Assembly: GCA_965220965.1 (NCBI GenBank)
Contig: OZ244852.1
Location: forward strand, 32,001-96,000
Reading direction: 5' to 3'
Length of the DNA stretch: 64,000 nt
Origin: Candidatus Marinacidobacterium sp.
GTDB lineage: Bacteria > Acidobacteriota > Vicinamibacteria > Marinacidobacterales > Marinacidobacteraceae
Positions 12,247 through 20,721 of this stretch are shown here, piece after piece; positions within the stretch are counted from its first letter, which is position 1; the number at the start of each line of letters is the position of its first letter. The translations under genes and the position numbers were made by a program. The notes beneath the pieces were generated by a model. That model did no database searches and had not been told where the DNA came from. It was given only the letters and a program-made list of their open reading frames with translations.

Positions 12247-14190
12247 TCAGCGGGCCGAGGTCGGGGTCTCGCCGGCGAGGATGCGCTGGAAGACGCCCAT
12301 CTCGATGTTCCCGCCCGAGACCACGCAGACGAGCTTGCGGGGACGGTCCTCCTCTCCGGCGCGGCGCGGAACCCGGTCCTCGAGGACGGCGGCCAGCGGG
12401 CAGGCCCCGGCGCCTTCGGCGATGACCCGGGCGCGGGCGGCGAGGACCCGGACCGCCTCGGCGACCTCCTCCGGGGAGGTCACCAGCGGCTCGGCGAGCA
12501 GCTCGCGGACCAGCGGCCACATCGGGTCGAGAACGGTGTTGCCTCCGATCCCGTCCACGAAACTGGGGCTCGTGTCGATCCAGCGGGGGGCGCCGTCGGC
12601 CACCGCCGCCGAGACCTTGGCTGATGTCGAGACCTCCACCGGGTGGACCCGGGCGCCCGAGCCCGACTGACGCAGCGCGCTCGAGATCCCGCAGCTCAGC
12701 CCGCCGCCGCCGAACGGGACGAGCACCGCGTCCACCTCCGGTAGGTCCTCGAGGATCTCGAGGCCGGCGGTGCCGTTGCCGGCCATGACCGCCACCTCCT
12801 CCACCGGGTGGACGAACCGGGCGTCGAAGCCGGGGTGGCGGTGCGAGACGATGGCCTCCCACCACTCGGCGAACGGGGCCACCACGATCCGGGCGCCGAG
12901 CGCGGCGATCGCCTCGCGCTTGTTCTCCGGGGAGGTCTCGGGCACCACGACGGTGCACTCGACGCCCCGTTGGCGCGCCATGAACGCCACCGCCTGCGCC
13001 CAGTTGCCGGCGCTCGCGGTCATCACCCCGCGCTTCAGGTCGTCCTCGCCAAGCGAGTCGAAGAGCGCCGCCGCGCCGCGGATCTTGAACGAGGCGAACG
13101 GCTGGATGTTCTCCAGCTTGAGCCAGACCTCGTCCGGCCCGTTCCCCGGGAGCCGGACCATGGGCGTCCGCACTGCGAACGGGGCGATCGCCCGGCGAGC
13201 GGCCTGGATCGACTGGATCGGGATCATGCGCGGCGCGGAGTGTACGGGCCGGAGCCGGTCCCGGCGCCGCTCGGCGGCGGCCACCGTTCGCGGCCAGCTC
13301 TTCTTCAGCAGGACCGACATCCCGCGGTCCCGGAGCAGGCGCCCGCCGGTCTGGCACTTCGGGCAGTAGTTGAACTCGTTCTCGGCGCGGCGCACCCGCT
13401 GGACCCTGGTCCCGCAGTCGGGACACGGTTGGCCGAAGCGGCCGTGGACCGCCATCCCCTCGCGGAAGGCGGTGACTCTCGTGGGGAAGCCGTCGCCGCA
13501 CTCCTCGGCGAGCCGGGAGGTCCATTCCGTCAGGACCGAGACGGTGGCCTCGTGAAGCCGGGCGGTCTCCTCCGGGCTGAGGTTCCGGCACGGCTTCATC
13601 GGCGAGAGCCGCGCCGCGTGGAGGATCTCGTCCGACCAGGCGTTGCCGATCCCGGCGAATCGGGCCGGCTCGGTGAGCGCCCGCTTCAGCGTCCGGGTGG
13701 AGCCCGCCAGCCGGGCGGAGAACGCCGCGAGCGTCGAGCCCGGAACCTCGAGGCCACCGCGGTCGAGTTCCTCGAGCGCCGCCTTGCCTCGGCCCAACCG
13801 GATCGAGGCGCGCTTCTTCCGGCTGCGCTCGCGAAGCCGGAGCGCCCCGCCCTCCGGGCCGTCGCGGTCCGCCGGCCCGAACCGCCACTCGGCCAGGATC
13901 CCCCGCGGCGAGAGCCGGGGCTCGTCGCGGCGGCTCCCGGCAGGCGTCCACGAGAATCGGCCGGCGATCGCCAGGTGGATGGCGAAAAAGTGCTCTCCCT
14001 CGAACTCGAGCGCGAGCTGTTTGCCGATGCGGCGGACGTCCGTGGCCACGAGGCCCACGAGGTCCTCCGGCGGCGGGGCGACCGAGGCCAGCAGGTGGGG
14101 GGAGGCCACGCGGAAGCGGGTGAGCCGGGTCCCGAGGATCCGCCGCCGGATCGCTTCGCGGTAGACCTCGAGGTCGGGAAGCTCGGGCAA
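12247..14190 (-). CDS. Single ORF: Fpg/Nei-family DNA glycosylase (aa 1-~310) fused in frame to a PLP-dependent threonine/serine dehydratase-family enzyme (from Met322, ATG at 13227)
   Basis: MPELPD N-terminus, RRIGKQL, H2TH GIGNAWSDEILHAARLSP, Zn finger CPDC...CPKCQ; then RTP, KLENIQPFASFKIRGA, SAGNWAQ, PFGGGGL, VVSGGN. No stop between the two domains. Confidence 0.88.
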   Translation of the reverse strand: MPELPDLEVYREAIRRRILGTRLTRFRVASPHLLASVAPPPEDLVGLVATDVRRIGKQLALEFEGEHFFAIHLAIAGRFSWTPAGSRRDEPRLSPRGILAEWRFGPADRDGPEGGALRLRERSRKKRASIRLGRGKAALEELDRGGLEVPGSTLAAFSARLAGSTRTLKRALTEPARFAGIGNAWSDEILHAARLSPMKPCRNLSPEETARLHEATVSVLTEWTSRLAEECGDGFPTRVTAFREGMAVHGRFGQPCPDCGTRVQRVRRAENEFNYCPKCQTGGRLLRDRGMSVLLKKSWPRTVAAAERRRDRLRPVHSAPRMIPIQSIQAARRAIAPFAVRTPMVRLPGNGPDEVWLKLENIQPFASFKIRGAAALFDSLGEDDLKRGVMTASAGNWAQAVAFMARQRGVECTVVVPETSPENKREAIAALGARIVVAPFAEWWEAIVSHRHPGFDARFVHPVEEVAVMAGNGTAGLEILEDLPEVDAVLVPFGGGGLSCGISSALRQSGSGARVHPVEVSTSAKVSAAVADGAPRWIDTSPSFVDGIGGNTVLDPMWPLVRELLAEPLVTSPEEVAEAVRVLAARARVIAEGAGACPLAAVLEDRVPRRAGEEDRPRKLVCVVSGGNIEMGVFQRILAGETPTSAR

Positions 14191-14285
14191 TTTCTGGTGG
14201 ACCGGCGGTAGTCTCCCGCACCGGGATCTCCGCCTTCCACGGGTGCCGCCGCCGGGCGCGCCCCCCTTCTCCAGGGAGCACTTCG

Positions 14286-15068
14286 TTGTCCGAGAGCCAG
14301 TCCAGTTTCGCCGGCCGCGTCGCCATCGTCACCGGAGCCTCCAGCGGGATCGGCCGCGCCACCGCCGCCGCACTGGGCGCCGCCGGAGCCTCGGTCGCGA
14401 TCGCCGCCCGCCGCCCGGAGCGCCTCGAGGCGCTGGCGGGCGAGATCGAAGCCGCCGGCGGCGCCGCCCTTCCGCTGGCCGGGGACGTTACGGACCCGGG
14501 TTTCCGGTCCCGCCTCGTCGGGGAGACGGTGGACCGGTTCGGCGGCCTCGACCACCTGGTGAACTCGGCGGGAGTCATCGCCTTCGGCACGATCGAGGAC
14601 ACGACGCTCGAAGGCTGGCGCGGCATGTTCGCCCTGAACGTGGAGGCGGTCTTCGGGCTGATGAGCCTCGCGGTCCCGCACCTGCTGAAGCGGAGCGGCA
14701 GTGTGGTGAACGTGTCCAGCGTGAACGGGATGCGCTCCTTCCCGGGAGTGCTCGCCTACAACTCGAGCAAGTCGGCGCTGGACCAGCTCACCCGTTGCTC
14801 CGCCCTGGAGCTCGCGGCGAAGGGCGTCCGAGTGAACTCGGTGAACCCGGGCGTCACCCGGACCGAGCTCCACACCGCCGGCGGCCTCGACGCCGAGCGC
14901 TACGCCGCCTTCCTCGAGCGCAGCAAGACGACCCATCCCATCGGACGGGTGGGCACGCCGGAGGAGGTCGCGGGAGTCGCGCTCTTCCTGCTCTCGGACG
15001 CGGCGGCGTTCCTGACCGGAGTCACGATCCCGGTGGACGGCGGACGGCACCTGACCTGCGCCCGGTAG
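14286..15068 (+). CDS. Short-chain dehydrogenase/reductase (SDR)
   Basis: TGASSGIG, VNSAG, NVSS, YNSSK (YxxxK), VNSVNPG, VDGG. TTG start with AGGGAG RBS. Confidence 0.93.
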   Translation: MSESQSSFAGRVAIVTGASSGIGRATAAALGAAGASVAIAARRPERLEALAGEIEAAGGAALPLAGDVTDPGFRSRLVGETVDRFGGLDHLVNSAGVIAFGTIEDTTLEGWRGMFALNVEAVFGLMSLAVPHLLKRSGSVVNVSSVNGMRSFPGVLAYNSSKSALDQLTRCSALELAAKGVRVNSVNPGVTRTELHTAGGLDAERYAAFLERSKTTHPIGRVGTPEEVAGVALFLLSDAAAFLTGVTIPVDGGRHLTCAR

Positions 15069-15184
15069 GTCGGGGGCGCGGCAGGGTGGCTCAGCCGCTG
15101 CGGCGCCCGATTCGAGCTTCGGATCTGCGGGATGACGCGCCGCTCCGCGACACCTTCCTGAAGTCAGCCGAAGGGTCGGCCCCC

Positions 15185-15718
15185 TCAAGCGTTCGCTTCG
15201 CGCCGCAGGTTCCTTGCGGTGGGGGCGGCGCGACCAGGTCCCGCGTCGCGATGGACCCGATCGTTCATCGCCCCGATCAGATCCTGGGGCGGAAGCGGTC
15301 TCCGCTCGGCCCGGGCGCTCGCATCGAGGGCGCGCCGTGTCGCCGGCCTGCTCACTGCGCCGCGTCCGAGGCGCGCGCCTGCTTCCTGGTATTCCTCCTC
15401 GGCGAGAGGGTCGAAGGGCGACCGGCCGTGGGACACATCGAGGAGACGGGAGCGGTTGCGCTGCGTGTCGCCGGAATCGGCCCGGCGGACGACCTCCAGG
15501 ATCGCCATCAGGCGCCGCTCCAGGGCGGGGTTCATGGGCCTGCCGCTGACCCAGAAGAGCACGCTCTGTCGGGAGACTCCGAAGAGTTGCGCAAGTTGCG
15601 CCCAGGTCAATGCTGACCTGCGGCGCAGTTCGGAGATCGCCCGGCTTGTGCTGAGGCCGGCAGCCCGGGCGACGGCTGCGCCCGGTCGACCTGAGGCGGT
15701 CGGATGGTCGTTCGTCAT
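15185..15718 (-). CDS. XRE-family helix-turn-helix protein
   Basis: ISELRRRSALTWAQLAQLFGVSRQSVLFWVSG is an HTH_XRE pattern. ATG at 15718 lies 1 nt after the upstream TGA. Confidence 0.72.
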   Translation of the reverse strand: MTNDHPTASGRPGAAVARAAGLSTSRAISELRRRSALTWAQLAQLFGVSRQSVLFWVSGRPMNPALERRLMAILEVVRRADSGDTQRNRSRLLDVSHGRSPFDPLAEEEYQEAGARLGRGAVSRPATRRALDASARAERRPLPPQDLIGAMNDRVHRDAGPGRAAPTARNLRREANA

Positions 15719-15719
15719 C

Positions 15720-15980
15720 TCAGTCGCTTCCGGCGGCGTCGCCAGTCGCGGCCTGCGCGCGGAGGCGTTCGAGCGCCTCCTCGGCGTAGCCGATGACCGC
15801 CCCTTCGTATTCGGCGACGACGCGTTCGAGGAGCGGGATGGCGCGGGTCTCCCGGAACTCGGCGAGCTGGAAGAAGAGCGTGATCGCGAGTCCGGGCGCG
15901 GGGAAGTAGCGGTCCTCGAGCGAGCGCTCCGCCAGCCGTTTCCGCCCGGCTGTCCTGTTGCGGTGGGAGCTGCGCGCCCT
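15720..15980 (-). pseudogene. Open frame without a standard start encoding a HEAT-repeat-like helical segment (gene remnant, CTG-started small ORF, or read-through extension)
   Basis: Translates as RARSSHRNRTAGRKRLAERSLEDRYFPAPGLAITLFFQLAEFRETRAIPLLERVVAEYEGAVIGYAEEALERLRAQAATGDAAGSD*. Host-like GC3 in the latter part; in frame with the upstream Cys-rich ORF. Confidence 0.5.
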
Positions 15981-16238
15981 TCAGGCCTCACAGTAGTCCT
16001 GACACACGTTGTAGTGCAGGCCGCAGTACAACAGATCCAGGTCGTAGTCCGCCCAGCACTGATCCCGGTCGGACTGGCTTGTGGCCTGACTCAGGCAACT
16101 CGTGCGCGTGGACTGCGCGTTCCATCTGCACGTCCAGTATTCCGAGACGCAGAGCTGACAGAGTTGCGCCGTGGATCGCGTCGGGAGAGTCAATGCCACG
16201 GCAGCCCCCAGGGCCAGGCCCGCTATGAGCCGGATCAT
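15981..16238 (-). CDS. Secreted cysteine-rich small protein (signal peptide + 8 Cys)
   Basis: Signal MIRLIAGLALGAAVALTLPTRSTA, then a 61-aa mature part with C-x2-C-x6-C-x10-C-x12-C-x10-C-x6-C-x3-C. Rich in Y/W/C, unlike GC-rich shadow ORFs. Confidence 0.8.
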   Translation of the reverse strand: MIRLIAGLALGAAVALTLPTRSTAQLCQLCVSEYWTCRWNAQSTRTSCLSQATSQSDRDQCWADYDLDLLYCGLHYNVCQDYCEA

Positions 16239-16256
16239 TTTCGTGGCGGGTCGCCA

Positions 16257-16694
16257 TCAAGAAGGCGGGCGACCTCTTCGGGGGGGGTAGCCCGCGTCGA
16301 GGAAGATCCGGGCGGCCCTCTCCTCCTTCGCGCGGATCCTTCGCCGGAGCGCGTCCATCGTGAACCACTCGGCCGGCTGCGTCCGGATGTCCGCGATCAT
16401 TCGTTCCAGACCATTCCGGCGCATGTAGGCGATGTAGTCCTCGGACCGGCCGGCTTCCCTCCACGCCTTCGCCCTTCGGTCAAAGTCTGCCCGGGTCCGT
16501 TCCTCAAGCGCCTCCCGATGCGCCAGCGAACCGGGGGCGACGCCTCCGTCGCCTCCGGGGCCGGACGATCGCCGCGTCACATTCGGAGCGGGAAGCGTTG
16601 TGGGCGGCTCCCCCTCCGGAATCGGACCGCACGCCACCACGGTGATTGGCCCCGCAGCCACCGCTGCGAGGACCGCGAGAGCAATTCGGTTCAC
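16257..16694 (-). CDS. Putative lipoprotein, unknown function
   Basis: GTG at 16694 with strong RBS AGGGAGG. N-terminus MNRIALAVLAAVAAGPITVVA-C (lipobox-like), Pro-rich linker, then a helical domain. Confidence 0.68.
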   Translation of the reverse strand: MNRIALAVLAAVAAGPITVVACGPIPEGEPPTTLPAPNVTRRSSGPGGDGGVAPGSLAHREALEERTRADFDRRAKAWREAGRSEDYIAYMRRNGLERMIADIRTQPAEWFTMDALRRRIRAKEERAARIFLDAGYPPRRGRPPS

Positions 16695-16865
16695 AGACCT
16701 GTACCTCCCTTGGGACGCCCTGGGCGCATTGGTCGGGGCAGGCGACGCCTCCCACGACATCCCGCGCCGGCGCCGTGTGCGCCGGCGGCTTCATGCCCTG
16801 AGACCCTGTTCATGCCATCACCCCTGAAGGCGACACCCGGCCGCTTCCCCCAGCGGCTCACTGTG

Positions 16866-16894
16866 GGTCTAGCGCAGCGCTACACGGTTGTCAA
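16866..16894 (-). promoter_or_regulatory. Sigma70-type promoter for the lipoprotein/Cys-peptide islet, with a palindrome in the spacer
   Basis: Minus strand TTGACA-17 nt-TAGACC. Inverted repeat TAGCGC-A-GCGCTA at 16870-16882. Confidence 0.55.
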
Positions 16895-16955
16895 GTGACC
16901 TGGGCCATCGGCCATCGGGGCATCAGGGAGCCGCCTCCGCGACAGACACCGCCGA

Positions 16956-16985
16956 TTGACAGGTTCCGCGCCCGGCCCGTAGTCT
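16956..16985 (+). promoter_or_regulatory. Sigma70-type promoter for the CocE/NonD gene
   Basis: TTGACA-18 nt-TAGTCT. Confidence 0.6.
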
Positions 16986-17052
16986 CGGGCCTTCGCCCGG
17001 AGGCGGTCCGACGAGAGCCGCCTTGCCCTGGGCGACGCGCGGGAGGCGACGG

Positions 17053-18858
17053 ATGGCTTCGAAGAGCACGAGGATCCTGATCGGGCTGGGCTCGTTTGCG
17101 GTCGCGCTGATGGTCAGCGCGAGCGCGGCGGCGCAGCCGGTGAGTTGCGAGGAAGTCATGGTCCCCATGCGGGACGGCGTGCAGCTCGCCACCGATGTCT
17201 ACATGCCGGTGAACCAGGGGGACGGCCCGTTCCCGGTCATCCTCGAGCGCACGCCCTATAACAAGGGCGACTGCGACAACGAGCACGCGCTCTACTTCGC
17301 GTCGCGCGGCTACGTCGCGGTCCGTCAGGACGAGCGCGGCCGCTACGACTCCGAGGGCGTCTACTACTGGCTGCTCGACGAGGGCTGGGGCGAGCGTCAG
17401 GACGGCTACGACACGATCGAGTGGGCCGGAACCCAGCCCTGGTCCACCGGGAAGGTCGGCACGATGGGGCTGTCCTTCACCTGCTTCAACCAGTACCTGA
17501 CCGCGCCGACCCGGCCGCCGCATCTGGCCGCGATGTTCTGCGCTCACTCGGCGTCCAACGCCTACAAGGATCTCTACTGGGCGGGCGGGGCGCTCCACAT
17601 GATCATGCCCACCTGGCTGCTGACCCAGAACGAGATGGTCCAGCCGGTGCGGCTCTACGACCCCGGGCGGAGGGGCGGCTACGTCGGCGGCGAGGCGACC
17701 TGGCTCGAATGGCACCAGCGGCGCCTCGAGACCGGGGCCTCCATGTCCCAGAGCATGATCACCACGATGATGACGGACATGATCGAAAACCCGTACTACA
17801 ACGACTACTGGCGGCAGTACGCGGTGGACGAGCACTGGGACGAGATCGATGTGCCGATCTTCCACTACGCCAGTTGGTACGACCGGTATCCGCACTCGCA
17901 GGTCAAGCACTACAACGGCATCCGGACCCAGGGTCGTCCGGGCGCCCGCGACAGCCAGAAGCTCTATATCGGCCCCTGGATCCACGGGGCCGGGATGGTC
18001 ACGAACCGCGTCATCGGCGACATGGACTTCGGCCCGGAAGCGGCGATCGACTACAACGGCCTCCGCCAGCGGTGGTTCGACTACCACCTGAAGGGCATCG
18101 ACAACGGCGTCATGGACGAGCCGCCGGTCGAGATCTTCGTCATGGGCGCGAACACCTGGCGCCACGAGAACGAGTATCCGCTGGCCCGCCAGGTGCTGAC
18201 CGACTACTACTTCCGGGCGGACGCTTCCGGCTCGGTGGCGTCGCTCAACGACGGGACGCTTTCCACGGAGCCGCCGGGGGACGAACCGTCGGTCACCTAC
18301 GCCTACGACCCCCGCGACCCGGTTCCCTCGATCGGCGCCGATCTGTTCGTCCGGCCGAACGGGGCGCAGGACCACCGCCCGGCCGACGTCCGGAGCCTCA
18401 CCTTCACGACCCCGGTGCTGGACCAGGATGTCGAGGTGACCGGCCTTCCGATGGTCGAGCTCTGGGCCTCATCGAGCGCGGTGGACACCGACTGGACCGT
18501 GGCCCTCACCGATGTCCACCCCGACGGCTACTCGCAGATCCTGCGGCAGAACATCCTGCGCGCCCGCTACCGGGAGGGAGACGAGGCGCCCGTCCTGATG
18601 ACTCCGGGCGAGGTCTACCGCTTCCAGATCTGGATGTACCCGGTCTCCAACCTGTTCAAGGCCGGCCACCGCATCCGGCTTACGGTGTCGAGCAGCGCGT
18701 TCCCCAAGTGGTATCCGAACGGCAACACCGGCCGGGAGATGAACGAGGACCTGCCGGTGATCATCGCCAACAACACCGTCTACCTCGACGCCGACCGCCC
18801 CTCGAAGGTCGTCCTGCCGATCATCCCGGCGGGGAGCGCCGCCGCCGAACCGCAGTGA
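17053..18858 (+). CDS. Exported CocE/NonD family hydrolase (X-Pro dipeptidyl-peptidase S15-like)
   Basis: Signal peptide; VPMRDGVQLATDVY, LERTPYNK, QDERGRYDSEG, DGYDTIEW, nucleophile GLSF, WYD, IGPWIH; C-terminal GHRIRLTVSSS. RBS GGAGG. Confidence 0.92.
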   Translation: MASKSTRILIGLGSFAVALMVSASAAAQPVSCEEVMVPMRDGVQLATDVYMPVNQGDGPFPVILERTPYNKGDCDNEHALYFASRGYVAVRQDERGRYDSEGVYYWLLDEGWGERQDGYDTIEWAGTQPWSTGKVGTMGLSFTCFNQYLTAPTRPPHLAAMFCAHSASNAYKDLYWAGGALHMIMPTWLLTQNEMVQPVRLYDPGRRGGYVGGEATWLEWHQRRLETGASMSQSMITTMMTDMIENPYYNDYWRQYAVDEHWDEIDVPIFHYASWYDRYPHSQVKHYNGIRTQGRPGARDSQKLYIGPWIHGAGMVTNRVIGDMDFGPEAAIDYNGLRQRWFDYHLKGIDNGVMDEPPVEIFVMGANTWRHENEYPLARQVLTDYYFRADASGSVASLNDGTLSTEPPGDEPSVTYAYDPRDPVPSIGADLFVRPNGAQDHRPADVRSLTFTTPVLDQDVEVTGLPMVELWASSSAVDTDWTVALTDVHPDGYSQILRQNILRARYREGDEAPVLMTPGEVYRFQIWMYPVSNLFKAGHRIRLTVSSSAFPKWYPNGNTGREMNEDLPVIIANNTVYLDADRPSKVVLPIIPAGSAAAEPQ

Positions 18859-18883
18859 GTCCGGCGGCGACGCCGATCGTCGC

Positions 18884-20710
18884 CTACCAGCCGATCGCGT
18901 AGGCGGCGCGGCGTGGGTCGGCGCCGGCGGCCAGCGTGCCCCTGGCGAGGCTCTTCAGGATCCCGTTGTTGCTCCCGAGCGCCCAGCCGCCGGTGAACTC
19001 CGCCGTGTGGCCGAGCGCGGTGAGCGCGTCCACGCTCCCCGCCGGGGCGCGCCCCTCGATGCGGACCAGGATGTCGGCGCCGGGTGTGTAGAAGTTCGGA
19101 TCGGCGAACAGCGAGAGGCGCGGCGCGGCCACCGCCTCCTGGATCCCCATCCCGAAGTCGAGGATGTTCAGCAGGACCTGGAACTGGGTCTGCCCGATCG
19201 TCTCGCCGCCGGGAGTTCCGAGCGCCAGCACGAACCCGCCGTCCCGCAGCACGATGATCGGCGAGTTGTTCAGGATCGGGATCTGCCCCCCGCGGGCGTA
19301 GTTGGGGTGCTCCGCCCAGGGAGCGGTCGAGCCGATGCGGGTCCCGTTGTTGAAGGTGAGCCCGGTGCCTCCGACGACGACGCCGGTCCCGAACATGCCG
19401 CCGTGGGTCGGGGTGCAGGCCACCGCGTTCCCCTGGGGGTCCACGATCGAGAAGCTCGTCGTGCTGCCACCGAAGGCGCGGACTTCCGGTCCGTCGGCGG
19501 GAGGCAGGAAGGCCTCCGTGGCCTCGGCGCCCGGCGGTTCCCCACCGGCCGGATAAGCGATGGCGGCTTCGCGGGCGATGAGATCCCGGCGTCCCTCGGC
19601 GTAGGCCTTGGAGAGCATGCCCTCCACCGGCACCTCGAAACGCGTGGGGTCAGCGGTGTACCGATACACGTCCGCCTTGGCGACCTTGATCGCCTCCACG
19701 ATCAGATGGAGGGTCTCGGGGGAGTTGTGGCCGAGCGCCGCCAGATCGAAGCCCTCGATCAGGTTGAGCTGCATCAGGACCTCGAGTCCGCCCCGCGAGG
19801 TCGGGGGGCTCGAGTAGACGTCGTAGCCCCGGTAGGTCGTGTGGACCGCGTCGGTCCAGCGGGGCTCGTAGGCGGCGAAGTCCTCGAGCCGGAAGTCGCC
19901 GCCGTTGTCCTCGTAGAACGCCGCCATCTCCTCGGCGATGTCCCCCTTGTAGAAGCGGTCGAACGCGGCCTGGAGCGCCTCGGTCCGGCTCTTCCCGGCG
20001 GCGAGGGCGTCCCGCTCGGCGTCCACCAGCTTCTGGAAGGTGTTCGCGAGATCGGGCATCCGGAAGTTCTCGCCGACCTCGGGAGGTTCGCCGCCCGGGA
20101 GGAAGACCCGGGCGCTCGTCGGGTGGGCCTCGAAGACCTCGCGGGAGGCGTGGATCGACTGGACGACCGAAGCCTCGATCGGGTGGCCGTTCCTCGCGTA
20201 GTCGAGCGCCGGTTCCAGCACCTCGCCGAGCCGCATCGTGCCGAAGTTCTCCAGCAGCGAAATCCAGCCGCCAAACAGGCCCGGCACGACGCCGGCGTGG
20301 ATCCCCTTGTTCAGTTGCCCGGGCGTGAGGGTGTCCGCCTGGAGCGCGCGCGGCGCCGCGCCGGTGGCGCTCAGCGAGCGGACGCTTCCGGTCGAGGCCT
20401 CGAACCAGGTGAGGAACCCGTTCCCGGAAGCTCCCGACATCTGGGGCCGCACCACGTGAAGCGTCGAGAGAACCGCCACCGAGGCGTCGATGGCGTTCCC
20501 GCCGCGCATCAGGATCCGGACTCCGGCCATCGTGGCGAGCGGGTGCCCGGCGGTGACCAGCCCGTGGACGCCGGGCGCCTCCGGTCGGTTCGTGGGCCGC
20601 TGCTCGGCGAAGCGGATCGGATGGGCGGCTTCCTGGCCGGAAGCCGGAGCCGTCGCGAGAAGTCCGGCCGCCGCCAGGACCGCCGTCAGGGGAAAGAGCC
20701 GGTGGATCAC
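18884..20710 (-). CDS. Exported gamma-glutamyltransferase family (Ntn-hydrolase/acylase) protein
   Basis: GTG at 20710 after GGAGG; signal peptide; HPLA, GGNAIDA, FYKGDIA, autocleavage site GSTTSFSIVD, GTPGGETI, AGADPRR. Confidence 0.9.
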   Translation of the reverse strand: MIHRLFPLTAVLAAAGLLATAPASGQEAAHPIRFAEQRPTNRPEAPGVHGLVTAGHPLATMAGVRILMRGGNAIDASVAVLSTLHVVRPQMSGASGNGFLTWFEASTGSVRSLSATGAAPRALQADTLTPGQLNKGIHAGVVPGLFGGWISLLENFGTMRLGEVLEPALDYARNGHPIEASVVQSIHASREVFEAHPTSARVFLPGGEPPEVGENFRMPDLANTFQKLVDAERDALAAGKSRTEALQAAFDRFYKGDIAEEMAAFYEDNGGDFRLEDFAAYEPRWTDAVHTTYRGYDVYSSPPTSRGGLEVLMQLNLIEGFDLAALGHNSPETLHLIVEAIKVAKADVYRYTADPTRFEVPVEGMLSKAYAEGRRDLIAREAAIAYPAGGEPPGAEATEAFLPPADGPEVRAFGGSTTSFSIVDPQGNAVACTPTHGGMFGTGVVVGGTGLTFNNGTRIGSTAPWAEHPNYARGGQIPILNNSPIIVLRDGGFVLALGTPGGETIGQTQFQVLLNILDFGMGIQEAVAAPRLSLFADPNFYTPGADILVRIEGRAPAGSVDALTALGHTAEFTGGWALGSNNGILKSLARGTLAAGADPRRAAYAIGW

Positions 20711-20721
20711 GAGCTGCCTCC

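Noticed and set aside
15981-16238. Cys-rich peptide as a RiPP precursor (ranthipeptide, lanthipeptide) or c-type cytochrome
   Set aside because: It has a Sec signal rather than a RiPP leader, no radical SAM/LanM/YcaO or peptidase-transporter gene is nearby, and there is no CxxCH motif.
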